A DNA stretch of 64,000 nt from Octopus sinensis. Its lineage: Eukaryota. This document shows positions 12,265-25,558 of the stretch, piece by piece (position 1 is the first letter of the stretch; each line of letters opens with the position of its first letter). The notes beneath the pieces were generated by a model. It was not told where the DNA came from. It did not search any database and saw only the letters and a list, made by a program, of their open reading frames with translations. A program made the position numbers and the translations under genes. Location: contig NC_042997.1 of the NCBI RefSeq assembly GCF_006345805.1, forward strand, positions 131,998,001 through 132,062,000. The letters are read 5' to 3'.

Positions 12265-12870
12265 TATTAGACATCCTTATACAAAGAAGACAAAGATCCC
12301 AACCAAAAGTATTCTGCTAAGATACAATGACATGCGAGAAATGGATTTGCAGTCAAGACCCTAAAAAGTATGTATTGCATTGATATTATCTTATTTATGA
12401 TGATGATGATGATTTGACCATCTTTCTAAATCTCAATGATATAACAGAAACAAAGATAAGTTTGTATAAGGTGAAATTCTGATTGCTGTAAAGAATGTAA
12501 AAACTAACACTTTAAGCTCTTGCTGTTCAACATAGAGAAAGACCCTTCACAGCAACCCAATTTATTGACATTTCACATTCTTTTTGGGAGTAACTGTTAC
12601 CAACACATACCTTTGCTGGTTTCCTAAGAGTCAAGGCTTTACCCTATAGTAAAAACAAACAAGTTTATAAGAGAGCTTTTTTTTTATGGTTGCTTAACCT
12701 GCTGCCCTCCTATGTTAAAAAAAAGGAGCAACACTTCAGATCAGTCATAGACAAATTATAGGTTTGCTGGATGGTATGCCAATGAAAAACTACCCTGAAT
12801 TCTTCTAGTAGTGTGACCCACCTGATGATGAGTTGTGCAGTCTGCTTCTCAAAAAAGGCTGCCCAGGCAA

Positions 12871-13255
12871 AGGCGAGGCTGTGTGGTAAAAAGCTTGCTT
12901 CCCAACCACATGGTTCCTAGTTCAGTCCCACTACATGGCACCTTGGGTAAGTGTCTTCTACTTTAGCTTTAGGCTGGCTGAAGCCTTGTGAGAGGATTTG
13001 GAAGATGGAAATTGAAAAAAGCCCATCGTATATGTGTGTGTGTGTGCGCGCACGTCTGTGTGTCACCTACCATTGCTTGACAACTGATGGTGGTGTGTTT
13101 ACATCCCCGCAACTTAGCAGTTCAGCAAAAGAAACCAACAGAATAAGTACTAGGCTTACAAAGAATAAGTCCTAAGGTCAATTTCTTCAATTAAAGGCAG
13201 TGTTCCAGCATGGCCGCAGTTGAATGACTGAAACTAATAAAAAAAAAGAATAAAA
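12871..13255 (+). mobile_element. SINE family A
   Basis: Homologous to 15988-16380. Confidence 0.85.
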
Positions 13256-13502
13256 TACCTACTTTAGATCATGAAGTAGGGCCTCTGTCAGTCACAGTTG
13301 ACCATATAACTGCACTTGAATATGCAGGTTGCAGTAAAATTTTCTGAGGATGACTGGTAGTTGTCTGTACATGCAAGTCTCCCCTCACTGTGATGCCCAT
13401 GTTTATCCAAGAGAAAGGATGGTGATTTGGGCTGACATGGCTTTGGCACCAGTGATGTGGAAGGCATTGCTATTGGAATGCAAAGAGCTAATACAAAGCA
13501 TC

Positions 13503-13903
13503 TTATTTCTTGATTGCCCACAAGGGGCTAAACATAGAGGGGTCAAACAAGGGTTTAAGTCGATGACATCGACCCCAGTGCACAACTGGTACTTTATTGA
13601 CCCCGAAAGGATGAAAGGCAAAGTCGACCCCGGTGTAATTTGAACTCAGAACGTAAAGACAGACGAAATACCTATTTCTTTACAACCCACAAGAGGCTAA
13701 ACATAGAGGGGACAAACAAGTACAGACAAACGGATTCAGTCGATTACATCGACCCCAGTGCGTCACTGGTACTTAATTTATCAACCCCCAAAAGGATGAA
13801 AAGTAAAGTCGACCTCGGCAGAATTTGAACTCAGAACGTAACGGCAGATGAAATACCGCCAAGCATTTCGCCCAGCGTGCTAACATTTCTGCCAACTCAC
13901 CAC
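13503..13903 (-). mobile_element. SINE family B, tandem dimer
   Basis: Same unit junction (GACGAAATAC|CTATTTCTTTA on plus, ~13663-13682) as at 8543-8948. Confidence 0.85.
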
Positions 13904-14145
13904 CCATCTTAGCATCTTGCTTAACCCTTTAATAGGTCTACTACTACACCACACTGGATTGCTACTCAGTACTTTTATTGCCCCTAAAAGGATGAAAGGT
14001 GAAGTTGGCCTCAGCAAGAGTTGAACTCAGAGCATAGGGAGTCAGACCATGAGATCATCTGCCCTATGCTCTAACAACCAATTGACCATTTGAGCAAGAT
14101 ATACACCATGTCAGGAAATATATATGCTAGGAAGAAAAACATAAC

Positions 14146-14423
14146 TTTTATTCTTTGACTTGATTTAGTTATTAGACTGAGGCCATACTGGAGCACTGCC
14201 TGGAAGAATTTTTAGTTGAACGACTCAAGCAGTGGTGGGAGATGAACACAGACACAAGGACATACACACATAGATATACATATATGACAGGCTTCTTTCA
14301 GTTTCTGTCCACCAATGCCACTCACAAGGCTTAGTAGAAGACACTTGCCCAAGGTGTGAGACAGTAAGGACTGAACCCAGAACCATGTGGTTGGGAAGCA
14401 AGCTTCTTACCACAGAGCCACAC
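14146..14423 (-). mobile_element. SINE family A (internally deleted)
   Basis: Homology to the head and tail of the family. Confidence 0.75.
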
Positions 14424-14426
14424 TAC

Positions 14427-14638
14427 ACTCTTTACTCTTTTACTTGTTTCAGTCATTTGACTGTGGCCATGCTGGAGCACCACCTTTAGTCGAGCAAATC
14501 GACCCCAGGACTTATTCTTTGTAAGCCTAGTATTTATTGTATCAGTCTCTTTTGCCGAACCGCTAAGTTACGGGGATGTAAACACACCAGCATCGGTTGT
14601 CAAGCAATGTTGGGGGACAAACACAGACACACAAAATT

Positions 14639-14684
<46 letters not shown>

Positions 14685-14847
14685 GACGGCTTCTTTCAGT
14701 TTCCGTCTACCAAATCCACTCACAAGGCTTTGGTCGGCCCAAGGGTATAGGAAGAAGACACTTGCCCAAGGTGCCATGCAGTGGGACTGAACCCGGAACC
14801 ATGTGGTTGGTAAGCAAGCTACTTACCACACAGCCACTGCTGCGCCT
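14427..14847 (-). mobile_element. SINE family A
   Basis: Full-length copy with (TA)n core. Confidence 0.9.
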
Positions 14848-15276
14848 AGGTCTGAAAATATGTACAAGATGGTCTACAGCTGAAATGGCTTTGATCCTAA
14901 AAATATGTTTGATCAGCATTAAATAACAACAAAGGATTGCACTGGATTATACATGAACTACAAACGCAAATACACAGATAAAAAAAAGTTAATCCTTTTA
15001 AGAACCATAAAGTGTGTCTATAAAGCCACCACCTAATTACTGTTTCTGTAGCATTAAGCTGATGCCAAATATTGCCAGTGGCAGTCCACTAATCCATTGG
15101 AAGTTATTTTCTCATTTGTTCAGTTAGATGAATGGACATACAGAATAAAGTAGCCTGTCAAACAGAATATAGAAAATTGCTTGCGGAAGATTTGAACTTA
15201 CAGATCATGAACTGATTACACCAATATTTTAGCCACTTGGCAGTTTCACCTCTACAACAGTAGAATGGTAAGAGAT

Positions 15277-15567
15277 CATCATCATCATCGTTTAACGTCT
15301 GCTCTCCATGCTAGCATGGGTTGGACGATTTGACTGAGGTCTGGCGAACCAGATGGCTGCACCAAGCTCCAATCTGATCTGGCAGAGTTTCTACAGCTGG
15401 ATGCCCTTCCTAACACCAACTCCGAGAGTGTAGTGGGTGCTTTTATGTGCCACCAGCACAAGGGCCAGTCAGGTGGTACTGGCAACAGCCACGCTCAAAT
15501 GGTGCTTTTTATGTGCCACCTGCACAGGAGCCAGTCCAGCGGCACTGGCAACGACCTCGCCCAAATG
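15277..15567 (-). mobile_element. RTE 3' tail fragment with VNTR
   Basis: (CAT)n tail plus RTE 3'UTR motifs. Confidence 0.85.
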
Positions 15568-15740
15568 TTTTGTTTTTTTTTTAAATCTAAAGAATATATT
15601 CTTTATATTTGCTCCTTATTATCTTACCTTTTACTTGTTTCAGTCATTGGACTGTGGCCATGCTGGGGCACTGCCTTGAAAGGTTTAGTCAAACTAATCA
15701 ACACCAGTATTTATTTTTGGAGTCTGATACTTATTCTAAT

Positions 15741-15970
15741 TTCTTTATTGCCCACAAGGGGCTAAACATAGAGGGGACAAACAAGGACAGACAAAGGGAT
15801 TAAGTCAATTACATCGACTCCAGTGCGTAACTGGTACTTAATTTATCAACCCCAAAATGATGAAAGGCAAAGTTGACCTTGGTGGAATTTGAACTCAGAA
15901 CATAATGGCAGACGAAATACTGCTAAGCATTTCGCCTGGCGTGTTAACGTTTCTGCCAGCTTGCCGCCTT
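15741..15970 (-). mobile_element. SINE family B monomer
   Basis: Homologous to 8543-8775. Confidence 0.85.
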
Positions 15971-15987
15971 TTGATATTTATTCTACC

Positions 15988-16380
15988 AGGCGCAGGAGTG
16001 GCTGTGTGGTAAGTAGCTTGTCTACCAACCACATGGTTCCGGGTTCAGTCCCACTGCGTGGCACCTTGGGCAAGTGTCTTCTACTATAGCCTCGGGCTGA
16101 CCAAAGCCTTGTGAGTGGATTTGGTAGACGGAAACTGAAAGAAGCCCGTCGTATATATATATATATGCGTGTTTGTGTCTGTGTTTGTCCCCTAGCATTG
16201 CTTGACAACCGATGCTGGTGTGTTTACGTCCCCGTTACTTAGCGGTTCGGCAAAAGAGACCGATAGAATAAGTACTGGGCTTACAAAAGAATAAGTCCCG
16301 GGGTCGAGTTGCGCAATTAAAGGCGGTGCTCCAGCATGGCCACAGTCAAATGAATGAAACAAGTAAAAGAGTAAAAAAAG
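15988..16380 (+). mobile_element. SINE family A (well-preserved copy)
   Basis: GGCGCAGGAGTGGCTGTGTGG..GGTTCAGTCCC head; CpGs retained; GTAAAAGA tail. Confidence 0.92.
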
Positions 16381-16741
16381 AGAGAGTATCTTCTGATACT
16401 TATTCCACCAGTCTCTTTTGCCGAATCACTAAGTTACAGGGACATAAACACATCGACACCAGTTGGCCAATACAAAGACACACATGATTTACTTCCGCAG
16501 TTTCCCTCTACTAAATTCACTCACAAGATTTTAGTCAGTCTGGAGCTATGGTAGAAGACACTTGCAGAGGTGCTGCACAGTGGAACTGCACCTGAAACTG
16601 CATAATTGCAAAGTGAGCTTTTTTAACCACACAGCTATGCCTGGGTCTATGTCCACTATTGTCCATTGTTTCATCTACAAGGCCTAATAAATGCTAAATT
16701 GACTTGATATGTCTTCTCTAAAACAAAAAAGAAAAAAAACA

Positions 16742-16992
16742 TAAGGTTCCTTCCTGAATCATATGGACTCATAAAGCTGGCTTCCCATTTTTTTTGTGGT
16801 GTACGTATTCCACCTTGAATAGGAGGCCAGTCCATCACAGGTTTACTAATTTTTGCCAGCTGAGTGGACTGGAGCAATACAAAATGAAATACTTTGTTCA
16901 AGAACACAATGCACTGCCCAGTCCAGGAATTGAAACCACAATGTTACAATTATGAATCCAACACTTTAACCACTAAGCCATGTGCCTCCACC
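16742..16992 (-). mobile_element. SINE head D + V-like tail
   Basis: CCACTCAGCTGGCAAAA body followed by CCTGTGATGGACTGGCCTCC (V-domain-like motif). Confidence 0.7.
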
Positions 16993-17225
16993 TTCTCTAT
17001 CACTGTTAACTCACAACAGGTCTGTCCACTCCTAAAGCTAAAGAGAAAGCCTCAATATGATTGCATGACCTGCTAGAAATACCAGTAAATCTTCTGCCAT
17101 TAAAAGAGGAAAGGACACATTAGTTAATGTAGTCCAAGATACATTGTACCTAAGAAAACAAAAAAGGCAGAATGATTACAGCTGGAATGCTTTTGATCAT
17201 AGGTTTCCTGATTTAAGGTTGATTT

Positions 17226-17625
17226 CATCATCATCATCATCATCGTTTAACATCCGTTTTCCATGCTACCATGGGTTGGATGGTTCGACCGGGGTCTGGG
17301 AGGCCAGGAGGCTGCACCAGGCTCCAGTCTGATCTGGCAGTGTTTCTACAGCTGGATGCCCTTCCTAACGCCAACCACTCCATGAGTGTAGTGGGTGGTT
17401 TTTACATGCCACCGGCACAGGGGCCAAAGGAGGCTGGCAAACAGCCACGATCGGTTGGTGCTTTTTACATGTCACCGACACAGACGCCAGACAGGCGGCG
17501 CTGGCATCTGCCACGTTCGGACGGTGCAATTAACATGTCACCAGCAAGGGTATCTTAACTACAATTTCCATTTGATTTTCATTTTGATGTTGACATACTT
17601 GACTCAATAGGTCTCCTCAAGAACA
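17226..17625 (-). mobile_element. RTE 3' tail fragment with VNTR
   Basis: Same motifs as other RTE tails. Confidence 0.85.
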
Positions 17626-18338
17626 GCGGGATAGCAACATGCCTATATCAATGCAAGCAGTCTTGTTCAAGTGCAGAGAGAGAGAGAACATTTTCAAAAT
17701 AACTGGCTTACTTTCACCAACGAATATCATTGTAAAGCCTGTTCACTGAAGTGCCAGCATCAACATTTCAACTGCCTTCAATTAGCAAAAAGAGACACCA
17801 AATACAAAATTACATTCATACCAGCTTCCCTAATTCTAACAATTCATTGATAAGCTGCCAGTAAGTCAGATAGAGCACAATTATAAACACAAGTCATTAA
17901 CTAATATTTAGTATTCTGTATTATGTAACCCTTTACATAACAACCCACCTCAGACCAGCTCTTGTTCCATGCTATGACCCAATAAAAATTGCTCATATTA
18001 AAAATGGTTGTTATATGAATGATTACTTAGATTGGAAATTCTTCATTGTAGTTTTATAGATGGAAACTTCTTTGTTGAGTTGCATTCCAGCAAGTTTCAA
18101 TGTACGGAACTCATTAATAATGTTAGAAGAGAAAAACAGTGAGATGGTGGATTAAGAAGTAGAAGAGGAGAAAAAGCTTTGATAGACATTAGTTTTGCAC
18201 ATCATCATCATCATTGTTTAATGTCCGTTGTCCATGCTGGGATGGGTTGGATGGTTTGACAGGGAGCTGTCCAGACTCCAGTTGTTTATTGTGAGATAGT
18301 CCTCTATGACTGGATGCCCAAGAGATCTCATATATATA

Positions 18339-18381
<43 letters not shown>

Positions 18382-18384
<3 letters not shown>

Positions 18385-18773
18385 CACAAGAGTGGCTTCG
18401 TGGTAAGTAGCTTGTTTACCAACCACATGGTTCTGGGTTCAGTCCCACTGCGTTGCACCTTGGGCAAATGTCTTCTACTATAGCCTCAGGCCAACCAAAG
18501 CCTTGTGAGTGGATTTGGTAGACAGAAACTGAAAGAAACCCATTGTATATATGTAAATGTGTGTGTGTGTATTTATGTGTTTGTGTTTGTACCCCCAACA
18601 TCGCTTGACAACCGATGGTGGTGTGTTTACGTTCCCGTAATGTAGCGGTTCGGGAAAAGAGACCAATAGAATAAGTACTAGGCTTACAAAGAATAAGTCC
18701 TGGGGTTGATTTGCTCGACTAAAGGCAGTGCTCCAGCATGGCCGCAGTCAAATGACTGAAACAAGTAAAAGAG
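18382..18773 (+). mobile_element. SINE family A
   Basis: Full-length homology. Confidence 0.9.
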
Positions 18774-18782
18774 TATATACAC

Positions 18783-18910
18783 AGCAGTAGAAACTCTGCC
18801 AGATCAAGATTGGAGCCTGGTGTGGCCATCTGGTTCGCTGGCCCTCAGTCAAATCATCCAACCTATGCTAGCATGGAAAGCAGACGTTAAACGATGATGA
18901 TGATGATGAT
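18783..18910 (+). mobile_element. Short RTE tail fragment
   Basis: GTAGAAACTCTGCCAGATC..(GAT)n. Confidence 0.8.
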
Positions 18911-19840
18911 ACACAAACATATAAATATAAATATATAAATATAAACAGATTTCATATTCTAAACACCATAATCTTCAGCTCTTGCTCTCTTTCTGAAGAT
19001 TACAATAATCACAATAAAAACATACACATGCATGCATATACACATTTTCGACAAATGTGTATCAAGCATCATCTGAGTACAAAACACAAGCTACAAAAAG
19101 TGTGTATGGGAAGAAAACTAGTTTTCCACAATGTCTTCATCAGATAACTGCCATTTGAGATGGTGACTGTCAAAATGCAATTGAAATCTTCCATTATGCA
19201 CAAAGAAATCAATGAAACAAATTAAATGTCACTATTAAAATATCAGTTGACATAAACTGTGATCTGATGATGGCATTAAGAATGGAGACATATCAGACAA
19301 CAAGCAGTAAAACTAACTGCAAATGTTTAATGTCAAATATCACAAGCACATGCATACACACACACACAGACACACACACGTGCTTGCACATAATCATATA
19401 TACATGGTTAGTGGTAGGGTTTTTAAAAAAAATATTGTAAAATAAAGAAGAGAGATTCCATTCTCTCACTAATTTTAGTGATTTTCTTGAACCAGTAAAA
19501 CAACTCGTCATCACATAAGTAGGGCACCTGTAAAGACTTGGACTGGAAAATTGAACCTAAATCCATGAACGTTTTCTACAGAACTTCTCATATTATGAAA
19601 TCACACTTGATGTTGTCTAAACTAGGCCTGGTTACCAGCTGTATCAACAAACACAAAAGAGATAGAGAGAGAATTCATTGTCACATCAACATCCGATCCA
19701 TAACCCTTGCTACTCTTATGTTAAATCCACCTCAAACATCCAGGCATCATAAGCATCTTGTCATCAGTTCTGGTGTAATATATCTATGACCAAGTTGTTT
19801 AGTAAATTCAACTATTTTTAACAGGATGCCTTAAAACCAA

Positions 19841-20018
19841 AGCGCCACATAAACAGCTTTGGTGATGGTGCCAAGTAAAAAGAACTGATGATGGTGCCAT
19901 GTAAAACGTACTGGTAATGGTGCCACATAAAATGCATTGGTGATGGTGCCACATAAAAAGCATTGATGATGGTGCCACATAAAAAGCATCGGTGATGGTT
20001 CCACATAAAAAGCATTGT
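19841..20018. repeat. ~25-bp tandem repeat, about 7 units
   Basis: Unit TGGTGATGGTGCCACATAAAAAGCAT. Confidence 0.85.
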
Positions 20019-20323
20019 AATCCAGAAACACGTCCATAATTAACTGAAGACTTTGATTTCATTATTTTTCTTCTTTTTACCTATGTGAGTTACAAACATT
20101 GTTATCTGTGGAGACATATTTTGTAGGAAAAAGAAATAGCGGTCTTTTGGCTGCTATTTCTAAATTTTCGGTATGTGGTGAAGCAACTTGTTGCTAAACC
20201 CTTAATTATTGTTATAATTATATATATTTATATATATATATATATATATCTGTATATAAGGGACGGCTTTGGACATTGTGATATTCATGCTGTCTTCAAA
20301 TATTTTTATATATATATATATAT

Positions 20324-20499
20324 CATCATCATCATCATCATCGTCGTTTAACGTCCGTTCTCCATGCTAGCATGGGTTGGACGGTTCGACCGGGGTTCTG
20401 GGAAGCCAGAAGGCTGCACCAGGCTCCAGTCTAATCTGGCAATGTTTCTACAGCTGGATGCCCTTCCTAACGCCAACCACTCCGTGAGTGTAGTGGGTG

Positions 20500-20503
<4 letters not shown>
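20324..20503 (-). mobile_element. RTE tail fragment
   Basis: (CAT)n tail and GGATGCCCTTCCTAACGCCAACC. Confidence 0.85.
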
Positions 20504-20539
<36 letters not shown>

Positions 20540-21492
20540 GTTTGTGTTTATGTGTCTTTATGTTTGTCGCACACAGAGCTTGAAAACCATCTCCGTAGCT
20601 TAGTAGTTGACAAAAGACGCTGGTAGAATGAGTACTAGACTTCAAAAAAATAACTACTGAGGTCAATTTGTTGAACTAAGGCCTTTCAAGAAGGTGTCCC
20701 AGTATGGCTGCAGTTCAATGATTGAAACAAGGAAAAAAGAATGGTTTTTTTTTAGGATTTACAATACCAATAAATATTAAAATTAGACCACTAGAAAATT
20801 TTGTTTGATCCAAGCAGCAATTTAAAATCCACTAAGCTGCCACAAATTCTAGGCATCACAATCATTGTTGATCTTGCCTGTTTTGTAAATCTCTTCAGTC
20901 ACATATAACAACCAAAATCAGGTTAGATAACAAATGAAATTCTATACCCTACATATGACTATTTCAAGTACACAAATAGAAATAAAACAAAAATCACTCA
21001 AAATAATACATTTATAGTTGAAAATGTCAAACTACTGGTTTGATTAACAAGATACATTCCCCCACTCCCCTACACATACAAACTAGAAAAAGAATAACAA
21101 AGATAAATAAAACAAAAGATATGAGGTCAGGCATTATTGAAGAAGATGCTATTTACAACCATCCAACTTTATCTTAATTTGGAACTCTTCCAAAAAAAGT
21201 TCAATGCATCAGATCTTTAATCAAAAACTATTTATGTCATCTGCAAAAGATCTTTCTTTCATGCAGGAAACAAATAATTTTCTCAAAAACACAAATCCAA
21301 AAGCAAACAAAAATTTCTGTGTTAAGACCATCTTTGCAGATTATTCACGTAATCGCAAGCTCAATTTCCCATCTTTAATAAATGCTTTCTTTTTTTTTTC
21401 AGAGAGACTTAATGCTTAAAGATTGGATCATTAAAGTTTCTATTGATCTACCTCAGCACCAGCTCACAAAAGCTTACAAATATACCAGCATA

Positions 21493-21800
21493 TCATCATC
21501 ATCATCGTCGTTTAACATCCACTTTCCATGCTAGCATGGGTTGGACAAATGACTGAGGGCTGGCGAAGCAGATGGCTGCACCAGGCTCCAGTCTTGATCT
21601 GGCAGAGTTTCTACAGCTGGATGCCCTTCCTAACGCCAACCACTCCGAGAGTGTAGTGGGTGCTTTTACGTGCCACCAGCAGAGGGGCCAGTCAGGCGGT
21701 ACTGGCAACGATCTCGCTCGAATCTTTTACACATGCCACCGGCCAATAAGGCAACGCTGGTAACAATCACACTTGAATGGTGTCTTTTACATGCCACCGT
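21493..21800 (-). mobile_element. RTE tail fragment with VNTR
   Basis: Same motifs. Confidence 0.85.
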
Positions 21801-22019
21801 ATTTCAACACAATTGAAATATTTATAATGTAAGATATGCTGTGTTTCAAGATAGTCAGGAAAGGGACAGCACCTGTGCCCTTTTCAGGGCCTCTGAAACT
21901 GCTCAAAGAAAAAGGGCAGGAAATGATGACTTGTCACAGACTTTTGATCTAACAGGTTTCCACAGTTTTCATCGATCCAGTTTCAAACAAGGTTCAGATC
22001 TCCCCCAAAGTTATTAACT

Positions 22020-22640
22020 TTTATGTCTTACTTATTTCAGTCATTGGACTGTTGCCAAGCAGGGTCAACATGTTGAAGTGTTTAGTTGAACAAACTGATT
22101 CCAATACTCTTAATCTTATGCCAAACCACTAAGTTACAAGAATATAAACAAACCAGCAGTGGTTGTCAAGTGAGTGGTGGTGATGGTGGGGGCGGCAAGC
22201 ACAAACACTCACACACACGCATATACATCCTATTTCTTTACTACCCACAAGGCACTAAACACAGAGAGGACAAACAAGGACAGACAAATGGATTAAGTCG
22301 ATTATATCGACCCCAGTGTGTAACTAGTACTTATTTAATCAAACCCAAACGGATGAAAGGCAAAGTCGACTTCGGTGGAATTTGAACTCAGAACGTAGCG
22401 GCAGACGAAATACCAGTAAGCATTTCGCCCGGCGCGCTAACATTTCTGCCAGCTCACCACCTTTATATATATCCACACACACACAAAGACACATACATAT
22501 ATATTCAACAGGCTTCCACATACTTTCCCTCACATGGCATTGGTCAGCTAAAAGCAATAGAAGACACTTGCCTAAGGTGCCATACAATGAGACTGAACCT
22601 GAAAACATGTGGCTGAGCTTCTTAACCCAACAACCAGAAT
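22020..22640 (-). mobile_element. Diverged SINE family A copy containing a family B insertion (22230-22460)
   Basis: A 3' module 22020-22225, B monomer 22230-22460, A head 22500-22640. Confidence 0.7.
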
Positions 22641-24195
22641 ATATTTGCTAAAGTTCTGTGCATTAGAATCAAACCCAGATGATGTGATTGTGACGTGAAC
22701 TTCTTATCCACACAGCCAAGCCTGCTCACACTTCAAGTTATTATATTCAACTTCGACATACGTAATTCCATTCAGATGAATATTGATTTCTCACATGGAC
22801 ACAAAGCATCAACTTGCAAGAAAAGAATTATAATTAACAAAATTTTCTGGTATATTACATGTTTTATTGACACTGGAACAATAAGTGGTAAGTCAACTTT
22901 GGTGGGATCTGGACGATGTATGTAAAAGGAAAAAGAGTTAGTGTTTCTGCCAGCAGATCCATATTGAATGACCAAGTAAGGAGCTAAGGTACTATCCAAC
23001 ATAAAGCTTTGAATATGAAACTAATGAAGTAGCCACTATGTTGCTGCTCAACCTGCTAGAGATAGTAGCCATATCTCTCTTAAATCACACCCAAATGCCA
23101 ATGGAACGTAAGCCATTAAAAAATTTTCCTCTGGCCAATCTTTTCAGCTTCTCTCCAGTTGGATACCTACTTTTTCAATTCTGCCTTAGTATCCCACCAC
23201 CAGCTATTTTTAGGGTACCCCCTATTCTGCCTCCCTTGTGATTTCTAGATTAGGGACTGAAATATAATGTAGGATATTGGCTACCTTTGGGATTCTGCTG
23301 CACCATGTTGCGTTTTCCTGACAGAAGGCTTTTCTCTCTCCCAGGTCTTGATTGTTTTAAATTGTCATTGATGCTTCTGTAACTTTGCTTTTTATCTAGG
23401 TAGAGGTGTTGGCTCATCACAAACCTATTTTTACCTATGGGAAGAGGTGGTCCAAATTAGTCCAACACACGAGGCCCTACATGGAGTTTGCATTCTGCTG
23501 GTATAGCTTTCAGGGTCATTGAGGCATGCAAGGCACCACACCACAAGGACTAGGCCTGGTGGTTGCTAATGCTTTAAGGCAGAACACACAGGATAATGTA
23601 GTCTGAGATATACTATATCCAGAAAAAAAAAAGACTGATGGTCACAGCTGGAATACCTTTGATAATAGATAAAAGATCTACTCAACCAGAGTTGACCTGG
23701 TGTTAAAGTACAACTAGGGAAACAAGGCTCAGGACTACCAACGCTTCAAAACAATTAGCAAACGCAAAGATTGTATAACCTAAATATAGCTTTTTAATTT
23801 TCCTTCTTTCATTGAAACAAGCATAGGAAAGTAATTGAAGCAGCTGTTTTCTAAGAAATCAATTACAGCTGAAAAGATCAATTAATAGCCACAACTGGTC
23901 AAGGCAGCAACGGCTAGTTATAATGCGCTAATGACGAAATACAAGCCTCTGAACCTTTGGCTGGTAGCCAGATACCCTTCTGACAGACTGCTGTAACAAT
24001 TTCATCATCTTTGTAATAGAAAGCTATTTATATATATGTCAATTAAGTCTCAAGAAGTTTTTAGAGGGCCCTGTATCTTAAGTGGATGAGAGCCCAATCT
24101 CTCCTTGGATAGAGTACAAGTGTATCAAATGCAACATTTCCAGATGATCTGTTACCTGAAGCATTGTAAAGTGAACTGCCAGAAAACATATTTAA

Positions 24196-24416
24196 CCCTT
24201 TCAATACCAGCCTGGCTGAAACTGCCTCTGGCTCTGTAGTGCAAATGTCTTGTTTTCATAAGTTTTGAATTAAAATCTTCCACCAAACCTTAATCACAAT
24301 TTACGTTCCTAACACTAGCTTAATGATAACTAAGTTATTTTACTAAATTCTTTGTTATATTTTAAATAATTGAAAGAAACACAGAGCATCTCAAAATAAA
24401 TATGGTAACGAAAGGG
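24196..24416. mobile_element. piggyBac-like MITE
   Basis: TTAA|CCCTTTCAATACC ... GGTAACGAAAGGG|TTTAA; CCC/GGG termini. Confidence 0.75.
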
Positions 24417-25324
24417 TTTAATTGTTTCTCAGCCTTTGTGAGTGCACAACTTGTTACAAATGGCAGCTAAATCTTCCCCAAACTACACTCTACTGTCTTA
24501 CAGAAAAATAGCTCAACATAGTCCTATTTACTCTTAAAAGGACAGGATTGTCATGGATGGAACACCTTTTATTGTAAGTCAGCTGGTTTGATGTGAATTT
24601 GACGTGAGGTTAAGTAACTAACCATTTATGAGCAGTTTGACATGGGGTTAAACAACAAACCACCTGCAACAGATTTGAACTAACAACCTATGAGCAGCTA
24701 GTTCAGTATTTGATGCAGTTAATGAGCCTGTTTCAATCAAGTCAGCCCTGATTAAAAGTATTCTATTCAGGGTCAGTCCATTAATTTTTCTTTTTTTTTT
24801 TTTTTTTCAGGTGTAACATGCCCTACACCATATTACCTACAGTATTCTTTAAAATGGTAGGCTTATGGCCTGAGAGAGAGGGAGAGATTTGGCTACTATT
24901 TCAAGCAGGAAGAGCAACGTGGAGCAAAGATTCTAACTCTTTTGAAGTTCGACACCTCCTGCCATTGAACAACATTTAAATATCTCCCAATGGTGTTTGG
25001 CAAAATAAATAAATAAAAAGACAGCAGATTATTTTACTCAAACAGAAGGAAATATTGATTTATCATCAATCATGTTTCTATTCAATAATAATGCAATGTA
25101 CTATTCATATTCTAAGCAACAATTTTTTTTTTTACGCTTAAGATATATAAGTATTTTATCTGGTTTAAACACCATATTTAATGGTATATAAGACATACTT
25201 TTTCCTCCAAAAGAACATCTCCAAACAAAACAAGAAAAAAAATCACCTCTGGTCCTAAATGCACTAAATTTGAGATCTACTGACATAGAGGCTCACTTTT
25301 TAGCTCATCAACAGGGTTTTGTAT

Positions 25325-25558
25325 ATATTTCTTTACTGCCCACAAGGAGCTAAACATAGAGGGGGCAAACAAGGACAGACAAAGGGATTAAGTCGATTAC
25401 ATCAACCCCAGTGCGAAACTGATACTTTATTTATCGACCCCGAAAGGATGAAAGGCAAAGTCGATCTCGGTGGAATTTGAACTCAGAACATAACGACAGA
25501 TGAAATAAGGCTACGCATTTCGCCCAGCGTGCTAACGTTTTGTGCCAGCTCACTGCCT
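25325..25558 (-). mobile_element. SINE family B monomer
   Basis: Homology to family B. Confidence 0.85.

Noticed and set aside
17712-17775. Minus segment with good acceptor and GTAAGC donor
   Set aside because: Stops in all three frames.
19470-19575. Minus frame KTFMDLGSIF..CDDELFYWFKKITKI, vaguely like a PH-domain end
   Set aside because: Phase 0 start is incompatible with exon 1, the donor is weak, and about 40 aa expected in the middle are missing; likely chance.
22762-22812. 51-nt phase-0 open segment (LMLCVHVRNQYSSEWNY) with AAG acceptor and GTATGT donor
   Set aside because: Suboptimal acceptor, no homology recognised, and wrong phase to follow exon 1; insufficient support.
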